Below, piece by piece: positions 17,901 to 23,914 of a stretch of DNA of 24,659 nucleotides. Location of the stretch: positions 1 to 24,659 of the IMG/VR virus record IMGVR_UViG_3300011102_000247; one strand, written 5' to 3'. Positions within the stretch are counted from its first letter, which is position 1, and each line of letters begins with the position of its first letter. Origin of the DNA: a virus (lineage: Duplodnaviria; Caudoviricetes). The translations under genes were made by a program, and so were the position numbers. The notes beneath the pieces were generated by a model. It was not told where the DNA came from. It made no database searches and worked only from the letters and a program-made list of their open reading frames with translations.

Positions 17901-20061
17901 CTGAGGCAAAGCCCATGCGGCCATCGCCCAAGTCGACAATCTGCCCACCGCCCGTGGTCTTGCCGGCGTTCTGGGTCAGCCACTGGTACAGCGAACCGGC
18001 TTGCTTCTTGTGGAAATCCTTCGTCGTGTACGCGCCACCCCTTTTGTACTCGGGTGACTCGTGGAAGGCGCGCAGCATGCCGGCGACTTGCTTGTCGACG
18101 GTCTTGAGCTTGGAAGCGACGAACTCGTGCCGCTTGGCGGCGTGTGGATCCGGGGTCTCGCCGTGCCCACCCAACTGCTCGAGGTGTTCGCCCGTCGCCT
18201 CTTCGCCGTTGTCGGTCCGCTCCCAGCGGTGGTTCTCATTGAGCCTATAGGTTCGACCGCCGATCGACTTGGTCTCGCCGACGCGGTGTGCTCCTCCCTG
18301 TTGCGGGCCGCCGAGCGATGGAATTGGGGCAATGCCGCCGTCGCCTTGCTTCCGATAGCGCTGCACGCCCAGCCCGTCCGGACCGTCGTCGGGTGGCGGC
18401 TGATCGCCTCCGCCGTCGTCCGGTGGCTCGTCCCCTTCGGGGCCCTGCCCGCCGTCCTGCCCCAACAAACCCGCCAGCGGGCCGAACATATCTTCGATGC
18501 TTCCCGGTTCGGCCTGCGGCTGCCCCCCGCCGTGGGCCTGTTCCCACAATCGCTGCTGCTGCATGAACTGCGGGTTTTGCAGCACTTCGTCATCTTCCGT
18601 CGGCATGCTGAAGCCGATCAGGTCCATCACGTCCTGCGACTTGATCTTGGCCCCCATGTCCCAAGCGGTCTTCGCGGCCTGTAGCTTCTCCTGCGACTCG
18701 CTCGACTTGGTGTCGATCTTGAAGCGGATGTAGATGTCCCGGGCCCACGGGAAGTTAAAGCTCTTCAGCGGCTGGACCAGCTCGTGCGTCAGCGTCTCTT
18801 CCAGGTTCGTCGCGTCGTAGTCGACGATCTGATAGAGCGAATCCATATGCAAATCAGCTACGCCGGACCCCAAGCCGGTCGCCGCTGCTTCGCTCGACAG
18901 CACCTGGCCGAGAATGTAGCGCTTGATTTGGTGTCCGAAGAACTCGTGGATGATCGACCTCATGGCGTCGATCCCTGCGGTCGACGGCTCGATCCGGTCG
19001 ATACCAAACGAGTCCATGCTGGCGTCGTCGCCCATGCGCGGCATCAGGATCACGTTCGTGCGGGCCTGCTGCTCGGCGACTTCCTGCATCTTCTCCCGGG
19101 CTTCGGGGTTGCCGTAGGGATAGTAATAGATCGTGAAGCCGGTCCCGGTTCGCTCGATGACCTCCATCAGTTGGGCCATCGTTTCCTGCTTCTGAAACCA
19201 GCACCAATAAATGCGGTCCCGGATGCCGACGCCGTGAATCCGGCCAGCCGATAGCACGTCCTCGAAAGCGCCGTCCTCAATTATGTGGCGATGTATGGCG
19301 ACCATAGACCGTTCCCACGGTTCCAGAAAGTACGCCGCGCCGAAATCGGTAATCTCGACTTTCCGATCCCCCGCGATGACGTCGCCCTTGTGGTGGCCGA
19401 GTCCAACGCGGATACCGACTTCATTGCCGCTGTACTTGCCGCTGCCGTCGTCGTAGCGGAACGCCAGCTTGTCGCCGTGAATCGGCAGCCAGTTTTCGAT
19501 CACGATCCGCCGCTTGCCCCTGACCGTCTGGAAGCCGAAGCGGTGCTCATTGGCTGCCCGGCCGTACCAGAGGGCTTCGAGCAGGGATCGGCGATACTCG
19601 GTAAACCGGCGGGTGCGGCTGATGATGGCCGTGAGGTCGGCGCAAAGCTCTTGCTGCTTAGGGTCGTCTTTGTCCTCGGGCTCCAAATGCCAGTTCAGCA
19701 GCGCCGTAGCTCGCTGGCGGGCCTCCAGGCACTCCATGATCGAGCAGTCGTTGCGCATGATCCTGGCGTTATCCAGGTTGTGCTTGACCGCTTCGTCGGG
19801 GTTTCGGTAGACGCGGGCGACGGTGCTCTGCAGCCCCTGAAACGTGATGATCTGGGGCAGCGGGAATCGGCCGAAGTTCGGCGGGGCGTCGTCGATGCCG
19901 GCCGCTGGATCGTGCGGCACTTCACCTTGGGGCCGCAATCGCTGGTAGCGTGCTGGCAGGGCCTCGCCGGTGCGATAGGTCTTGCCCATGTGCCGGAGTC
20001 CGCCCTTGGGGGCAACTGCCACGGTTCCGGTTTTCGCAGCGGCGGTCTTCTTTTTGGCCAT
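11935..20061 (-). CDS. Giant portal (DUF935/Mu gp29-like) fused to polyvalent cargo domains (~2,708 aa)
   Basis: Uninterrupted ORF. The N-terminal ~510 aa carry portal features (CLEARQRA..LLNW.LEP, LLEALWYG, QIKRYILGQVLSS...GLGS..ADLH); InPase-like, MTase and ParB-like motifs follow. ATG 20061 is preferred because TTG 20085 lies in the terminator U-tract. Confidence 0.85.
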   Translation of the reverse strand: MAKKKTAAAKTGTVAVAPKGGLRHMGKTYRTGEALPARYQRLRPQGEVPHDPAAGIDDAPPNFGRFPLPQIITFQGLQSTVARVYRNPDEAVKHNLDNARIMRNDCSIMECLEARQRATALLNWHLEPEDKDDPKQQELCADLTAIISRTRRFTEYRRSLLEALWYGRAANEHRFGFQTVRGKRRIVIENWLPIHGDKLAFRYDDGSGKYSGNEVGIRVGLGHHKGDVIAGDRKVEITDFGAAYFLEPWERSMVAIHRHIIEDGAFEDVLSAGRIHGVGIRDRIYWCWFQKQETMAQLMEVIERTGTGFTIYYYPYGNPEAREKMQEVAEQQARTNVILMPRMGDDASMDSFGIDRIEPSTAGIDAMRSIIHEFFGHQIKRYILGQVLSSEAAATGLGSGVADLHMDSLYQIVDYDATNLEETLTHELVQPLKSFNFPWARDIYIRFKIDTKSSESQEKLQAAKTAWDMGAKIKSQDVMDLIGFSMPTEDDEVLQNPQFMQQQRLWEQAHGGGQPQAEPGSIEDMFGPLAGLLGQDGGQGPEGDEPPDDGGGDQPPPDDGPDGLGVQRYRKQGDGGIAPIPSLGGPQQGGAHRVGETKSIGGRTYRLNENHRWERTDNGEEATGEHLEQLGGHGETPDPHAAKRHEFVASKLKTVDKQVAGMLRAFHESPEYKRGGAYTTKDFHKKQAGSLYQWLTQNAGKTTGGGQIVDLGDGRMGFASEAGSMIVWPADENGKYEISYTNRTGIVDRGAGLAPGAEPQASPEQPAVPGQQPGQPTAQPVTPGAEPVAELDDPAPPTAPEEAEAPAAEHGQPAPQDQPMQAEVIDDGEGGPLSPPAATPKHVELRKKADEHRAKLDEAVAAWEKSRQVNADPKVMARHRSNVAALRAIWRHHDDEARRAEKDHEKHRKAVAKAEEEARKKLGIDTSKPAKSSKQYRDEFAEKMDQNRLGTKRAWKAGMNTGSVEFESDDHRDLHDLGAKMARQARAKNFSDADRKELGKAREALKQRLGVDDATLSQMARDVYKSTKQQTKGIADGEHRKLKMPTLTAEQPADDAPLLDQAEKNPGGGNVPEASPEALERMKLSKQHRRLLDYAEQAFEKHGIQPSDANRKLIADAVKKGRLKTPADVRQVLRTAKKLHSRGDQNAEDTPHVKEALNRKARREGRQSWQAITKQKAAEWDMKPEEFDSLAREVFSDWKQHHEAREVAKQAARKATGLSQADIYRLENQGFDSGSDHPRTRGLDDIGRQLASHFPELGWGRGADSEEGGNDDFDYGESLWHLIREGKGGKVSRTSPEFLSHIDEYLQSQLASAGSGSDDGEDWSNVPFAKLIGDYRKSRYAKTQPTEAQREAGNYKKGHIRLHGLQISIENEKGTKRRPEWPTLAADYGYIRRTEGSDGDHVDVYVGPDPESEVVFVIDQPNKDGGFDEHKCMVGWTNKDEATAAYLKCYTPGWKLGPVTTMTIDQFKAWLEDGDTTTPVADQVSRYARKAIRSSPGQKSMFGDHGTGRRTDWDELKHPRNADGKFAKKGDNRVSSSPKQMPLFDASEHRKEKERQEAEYRAELEARRLRFLEGLRLDKEHREKMAGALDLTPEDDAKLRAEARAASSRKKRNEAMLPTAEQIEKAKLDVAESSRVQAALAKAHAELHEKGIAEKPKQAAEPAAKKPEPDSKSEDQTEAAPDLSGPFTLATAAEHAKAIRSGKANAEQIKNWFEQFHADPSAVKEELNKKTVAELKKMGAGGWRANSMKKAELVNDMLTQIGEQYHVGESYTWSHGEDQLEALRKAVHRQTDDHVKAFAEKVAARTAERKQKIEAHVKALQNPETLDDFRKVERAGGLDKLTAEQRAKYDELQAIDRRAKEAASKSTVTGLHGGEEKTGSTGIVKGHHQKRNQPTWTVTVENRLGEEGFHQAVTRAKQLGGSYVNARVAKAYGATAGFQFFDEEKAKQFQEVLSGKAVDKSADVAAQAEERAKATAEKLKAAADSLGEAADAKLNAGRKTNTARRAAMAARAEADARKEAATAKTIGNIAEAMEKGEVKHLGGIRAKTHVEALDRALWNAKYRRYQMESREGKTDLSYEDYMAQPHSAEDVDAVEYPYPKLWASDLKKHAGELSKIPGLKKIGAKLAKAAEQKVKFRGQAGGMKLNGGQVLTLSDLAGTQAGAILKNQLGDKAIRVHASYDWRLAQQKPGHHGAFYTADAGETWGTTPVVAVHAALSRGKVLDTIDKPEDRLISLTDPGDIHAFATAASKLRRSNNRDAKRLGDTLHDRIENYHRMHAMDIKSPAELRAALREYLPFKQVQDKADPVKAKERALIGQKIPGFFPTPRSVIDQMLSAADIHPGQSVLEPSAGKGDILDAIREAHSDAETHAIEPHSSLREIIGLKGHNLVGSDFLEHDGQYDRIVMNPPFENRQDVAHVRHAFKLLKPGGRVVAIMSAGPFHGSQKRDVEFREWLDSVGGSVEDLPEGSFAGNDAFRQTGVNTKLVVIDKDSGPARYQKFNESDHPRDDDGKFIDKDEIAAAKSDPLAADDLRKRVTDPGELAKLESHIGSEETTRSDTPQRKEWTVDDANAFAHSVEPLHDVIDHDKLNALVEHFEEHGEDGWKGRPVLAMQIGDGYKGITGSHRTHAALKARINIPVYAIDEDTLSLELDGEPLWQALKSSSLDDEDRLKIFRDYAEEHPGNEQLEDAIDLLSLEISENESEFKVNK
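12142..12315 (-). other. ParB/Srx-like N-terminal domain within the giant ORF
   Basis: KLNALVEHFEEHG...RPVLAM...YKGITGSHRTHAA...IPVY matches the ParB G-x-H-R box. Confidence 0.65.
12595..13107 (-). other. Amino (probably N6-adenine) DNA methyltransferase domain within the giant ORF
   Basis: FFPTP (motif X), VLEPSAGKG (motif I, SAM binding) and IVMNPPF (motif IV, 12835-12846) in gamma-class order. Confidence 0.85.
15649..16035 (-). other. Inorganic-pyrophosphatase-like (InPase) domain of phage polyvalent proteins
   Basis: PTEAQREAGNYKKGH...ISIEN..G...DYGYI..TEGSDGDHVDV...FDEHKCM; DxDxxD metal-binding motif intact. Confidence 0.8.
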
Positions 20062-20079
20062 GTCAGTGTTGTTTCCAAG

Positions 20080-20139
20080 AAACAAAAAACCGCACGTAAT
20101 CCGGTGTGGATCACGCGCGGGCTCGATGGGTTTCGATGC
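20080..20139 (-). promoter_or_regulatory. Leader element copy D: bulged-A hairpin abutting an intrinsic terminator
   Basis: GC-A-UCGA-AACCCA-UCGA-GC; terminator CCGCGCGUGAUCC-ACACC-GGAUUACGUGCGG-UUUUUUGUUU. Confidence 0.8.
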
Positions 20140-20469
20140 TCGCAGGTTTACTCGCCTAAGGCTTAATCACCAAGGCGAACGACAATCACGTTTCCGCGGT
20201 CAGGGCGGGCTAAATCGCCGTCGGTTCGTTTTCGCAGGTTTCAACTCTGCCGGTCCATTGGAAGTCGTGGCATGAAACTGGAATGTCGAGGATATGCAGG
20301 CCGATAGTTTTTCGGATGATCGAACAAATTGCACGCGCTGCAAACCGCCTGTCACTGCCGATCATCGTTAGCGAGTCTTTGCGTCAGTTTGGGCATGACG
20401 GCAGACGGTCGCTGCCTGCGATCAAGTCGGCAGGGCCGGGCAGTGTGAGAATGTGGCTTACGGCTGACA

Positions 20470-20859
20470 TTATCGCCTCACTTTAACCGCCGTCGGCTTG
20501 CTGACCTTCTCGGCCTCGCACTCGGCGTTTTGAAGTTTACCACTTTCGAACGTCATCGCCAAAAGCATCGTCCCGTGAAAACCGGGGGCGAGCACACTGG
20601 GCAGCTTCCCGCGAAGGATGAACCCGACCGCCCGCATGACGGCGGCTGTCTGCTCCTGCGTCGGCTTGGTCCGCTCGCCGGTTTCCTCCAGGTCCAGGGC
20701 CTCGCTGATGCCCGATTTCAGGTGATTCAAAACGCCGTCCTGAACGTGCATGGATAGAGTGACGGTTCCCCGAAACTCGCTGCATAGGGCCTCTTTGATG
20801 TTTGGATGCAGCGCAATCACAGCATCCTTGATGGCCATATCAACACGGTTCGCTAACAT
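20470..20859 (-). CDS. Small protein with two DUF2292-like repeats (129 aa)
   Basis: EFRGTVTLSMHVQDGVL and GFHGTMLLAMTFESGKL. Strong AGGAGG SD. The family resemblance is from memory. Confidence 0.55.
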   Translation of the reverse strand: MLANRVDMAIKDAVIALHPNIKEALCSEFRGTVTLSMHVQDGVLNHLKSGISEALDLEETGERTKPTQEQTAAVMRAVGFILRGKLPSVLAPGFHGTMLLAMTFESGKLQNAECEAEKVSKPTAVKVRR

Positions 20860-20908
20860 TCCTGCTCCTCCTGCCGGCGTTTATGAAACAGGCTGATGGC
20901 CTTCTGCA

Positions 20909-21886
20909 TTACCTCCTCCTTCTGGTCGAAAACCCGTTCTGCTGCGGCAATGTGCTGGTCTGAAAGCCTCGCCGGCCGCTGCCGACATTGGCGATCGATC
21001 GCGTCCTAAACCCCTTCGGCGTCGCCTTGCGGGGAATATAAGTCCCGGCCCCGACGCCCGGCGTCACCTGGGCCTGCACCAGCGCGTAGTTGTAGCGGTG
21101 GCCGTAGATCGTCCCGCGAATTCTGAGCTTGTCCCAGACAAACTTGCCCTTGCTGACCGCGTTCTTCATGCCGGTGTAAACCGCCGGCGGAACCTGCGAG
21201 TAAGCGTAGGTTGGGCCCCGCTCGTTCTTCTTGCCCCTGACGGTGCTCCCGCGAGTGCCGAGCGATTGCTGACGGCTGAGCGACTTTCCATGTTGCCGCT
21301 GGCCGACGCTCACCGAACCCGGATTGAGCCCGCTCGCCTTGTAGGTGACGTAGAGTGTGCCGAGCCTCGAGCCTGCCGGGCGGAAATAGCTGAACGAAAA
21401 GACGTTGCTGCTCTGCGGCGTGAAAATCTCTTCGCCGTACTGGCTCTGTTCGCCGGGGCGTGGTGGCTCTCGCGGAATGACTGTTTGCGGGAAGGGAGCG
21501 GCGCCGGGCGGCAGATCGCCGGCGGTCCTGCTGATCCCGGGCGGTTTGATGCCTCCCCCGAGGCCGGTGCGCTGCGGCTGGGCCTCGGGCAGCAGCTCCG
21601 AGCGGTTGAAACTCCCGCCGAGGCCGGTCCTGCGCGTCTCGGGTGTCGGGGCGAGGGCCTGTAGCGCCTCGACCGTCTGCTGCACGGCGCGCGGCATCTG
21701 CGAGCCCTTCAGGGTCGCGCCGCGACGCACACCGCCGAAGACGGTATTCCAGAGGGCTTTCAGCCAGCCGAGCGCGCCCATGTTGCCAGCGAAGCTGCCC
21801 GCGGCGTAGCGCGTGAGTTGACGCGCGGACAGGCCGGTCAGTTCGGCCAGGTCGTCTAGCAGTCGGGTTTGGGGGGAGCGGGCCAT
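20909..21886 (-). CDS. Basic protein with a split KTSC-like domain (325 aa)
   Basis: SSNVFSFSY...TLYVTYK [~40-aa insert] GPTYAYSQVPPAVYTGMKNAVSKGKFVWDKLR. Confidence 0.6.
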   Translation of the reverse strand: MARSPQTRLLDDLAELTGLSARQLTRYAAGSFAGNMGALGWLKALWNTVFGGVRRGATLKGSQMPRAVQQTVEALQALAPTPETRRTGLGGSFNRSELLPEAQPQRTGLGGGIKPPGISRTAGDLPPGAAPFPQTVIPREPPRPGEQSQYGEEIFTPQSSNVFSFSYFRPAGSRLGTLYVTYKASGLNPGSVSVGQRQHGKSLSRQQSLGTRGSTVRGKKNERGPTYAYSQVPPAVYTGMKNAVSKGKFVWDKLRIRGTIYGHRYNYALVQAQVTPGVGAGTYIPRKATPKGFRTRSIANVGSGRRGFQTSTLPQQNGFSTRRRR

Positions 21887-21890
21887 CTTA

Positions 21891-22100
21891 TTAAATTGCT
21901 GCGCAGCGAACGGTATGGGTGTAGATGTACTGCCAGAACCGCGTCCCGAACTTGGTAATGCACTCAGACAGCGTATAGCAATCGATCACGTTCATAGAGT
22001 CATCGGCGTAGAATCCGACACTTGGCCGGACGTAAACTTCTTCTACGCAGTTGTGTTTTACGCCGCCAACAAACCGAATTTTCATGTAGTCGACCGGCAT
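21891..22100 (-). CDS. Hypothetical protein (69 aa)
   Basis: Fills the gap after terL exactly (TAG-ATG adjacent). Visibly more AT-rich than its neighbours. Confidence 0.5.
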   Translation of the reverse strand: MPVDYMKIRFVGGVKHNCVEEVYVRPSVGFYADDSMNVIDCYTLSECITKFGTRFWQYIYTHTVRCAAI

Positions 22101-23588
22101 CTACCTTCGCCCTTTCAAAAATACGCCATGCCGCCCCGAATCCGCCCGCACTCGCCGGCCTTCGGGCTTCGCGTCGGTCATGTGCTGATCGCTGTAGATG
22201 GCATAACGTAGCGCGTCGATCGCGTGGTTGTCTTTATCGAGTGGCGCATCGCTTGGGTTTCTTGCTGCACTGCCGTCCGGCCACTTGTAGCCCTGAATTT
22301 CGCGGATCAGGTTCACGCAATTCTTGAAGATGAACAGTCGCGGCTTTCCGTTCGCCTGGACCATCATTAGGGACCGTAGCAGTTCGAGGCTGGGATTGAT
22401 CGACTTGCGGGCCGGCGTGCAAACGATCCCCATCTGCGCTAGTTCCGCGCGGGTCTGCGCGTCGTGGTCGGTGTATGTCGGCCCATACCACGGCTGCGAA
22501 TCGTCCCACTCCCGCTCGTGGATTTTTTCGGAGTGATAATCGAGCAATCTCTGGGCTTCGAAGTGCTCGTCGTAAACGTAGTACGTTCCGTCCCGATCCT
22601 TCGCCACCCAGAGGCAACAGAACGGATTGCCGAAACCGAAGTCGATCCCCCGCGTCCGCCGCCACTCGCGCGGAATGCGGAACGGCTCAATTACGTGAAT
22701 TGATTTGCGAAACTCCTTGAACACCGCCCCCCGCAGGGTGGTGAACTTGCCGATGGTGCGAAGCTCGCGCATGTCCTCGGGGACGGAGGACAGATACCGC
22801 TCCATGAAGCCTTCGGCGAGCGCCGTGTTGAGCAGCGAATTGAGGTGATAGAACTTCCACGACTCCGGCGGGTTGTCGTACGCTTCCGGCCATTCTGGAT
22901 CGCGGCATTCAATCGGCGTGAAGTCCGCCCAGCCTGGCGAGTCGTATTCGCGGCAGCGGCCCTGCACTTCGAAGACCAGGTGATATGGCACTTCCTCGTT
23001 GAACCAGTAGCCGCCGATGCTGACGGCCTTCATGCCGCTGAAGCCCTGTTCGTAGCTCTTGAACTCGAGCACCCAGCCGACCCGGTCGCGGTGGACGGGA
23101 TGGCGGAGCATCACGGCGTAGGGCCAGCGCCGCTTCTGCTTGTACCAGTCGATGTAGAGGATTTCCGATTCGGGGATCAGCAGTGACAGTTTTTCGGTCC
23201 AGCAGGCTTGGCAGACTTGATCGAAATGCTCGCCGATTACCCAGAACGGGCAGCGCTCGCGCGGCGGCGGAGTTTCCAGCACGTGCGAAGCGGTCTTGGC
23301 CGCACTCACCTGCGTCTTGCCGCTTCCAGTGCCCCCCAGGCAGATACTGAACCGCTCGGGGGAGTCGTAGACGTACTGCCCCAGCCCATCCCGCAAAGCC
23401 GGGTCGAAGCGGTATTGCCGGGCGAAGAATGACGATTGCTCGTCGTGCTCGCGCAGGTTGTCCGGCCTCGGCTGGAACGAGTAGTACGGGTGCGTCGTCG
23501 CCTCGAAGACAAGGCGCTGTAGCTCCTCGTCGCCGCTGGCGTAGACGGCCGCGATCTGCTCAGGGGATAGGGATAGGGTGGGGGTCAT
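22101..23588 (-). CDS. terL: Terminase large subunit (495 aa)
   Basis: Walker A GGTGSGKT, Walker B-like GYWFNEE, coupling motif DFTP, and RNase H-like nuclease motifs GIDFG and DNHAIDALRY. Confidence 0.92.
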   Translation of the reverse strand: MTPTLSLSPEQIAAVYASGDEELQRLVFEATTHPYYSFQPRPDNLREHDEQSSFFARQYRFDPALRDGLGQYVYDSPERFSICLGGTGSGKTQVSAAKTASHVLETPPPRERCPFWVIGEHFDQVCQACWTEKLSLLIPESEILYIDWYKQKRRWPYAVMLRHPVHRDRVGWVLEFKSYEQGFSGMKAVSIGGYWFNEEVPYHLVFEVQGRCREYDSPGWADFTPIECRDPEWPEAYDNPPESWKFYHLNSLLNTALAEGFMERYLSSVPEDMRELRTIGKFTTLRGAVFKEFRKSIHVIEPFRIPREWRRTRGIDFGFGNPFCCLWVAKDRDGTYYVYDEHFEAQRLLDYHSEKIHEREWDDSQPWYGPTYTDHDAQTRAELAQMGIVCTPARKSINPSLELLRSLMMVQANGKPRLFIFKNCVNLIREIQGYKWPDGSAARNPSDAPLDKDNHAIDALRYAIYSDQHMTDAKPEGRRVRADSGRHGVFLKGRR

Positions 23589-23912
23589 TTAGCTTGCGGT
23601 GGCAGGATCCAATCGCCGGACCAGTGGTTCCTCTGGCAGCTCCTCACCCAGTGGCACGCTCGGCAGCGAGCGATGCGAAACTACGATCTTCCACTGGCGG
23701 CGGCTGTAGTCGAAGTTGACGCCCTCAAGGGTGCAGTTCTTCAACTCCGGCCGATGCTTGTCGACGAGTGCCAGGATCAGCCCCTCGATAACGGGCGTCA
23801 TATGGTGATCGGCGAACTCCATCGCGCCTTCGAGTACGTCGCGGTCGCGGTGATCGACCACAAAGGCGCGCATCCGGTGGTCGCAGCGTGAATGTGAGCG
23901 GACCCAGCCCAT
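23589..23912 (-). CDS. Hypothetical protein (107 aa)
   Basis: Abuts the flanking genes on the same strand; no motif recognised. Confidence 0.55.
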   Translation of the reverse strand: MGWVRSHSRCDHRMRAFVVDHRDRDVLEGAMEFADHHMTPVIEGLILALVDKHRPELKNCTLEGVNFDYSRRQWKIVVSHRSLPSVPLGEELPEEPLVRRLDPATAS

Positions 23913-23914
23913 AA

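Noticed and set aside
17560-18540. Pro/Gln/Gly/acidic low-complexity stretches as repeats or an inserted element
   Set aside because: No regular repeat unit, terminal repeats or intein motifs; read as disordered linkers.
13861-19460. Other RY dipeptides in the giant protein (RYQM, RYIL, RYDD)
   Set aside because: They lack the +3 Lys/Arg and lie inside apparent folded domains, so they were not counted as junction motifs.
4650-20166. Long plus-strand ORFs (e.g. 4650-6008, 8418-9830, 13735-15015, 15118-16410)
   Set aside because: They are antisense shadows of high-GC minus-strand genes, with no recognisable motifs.
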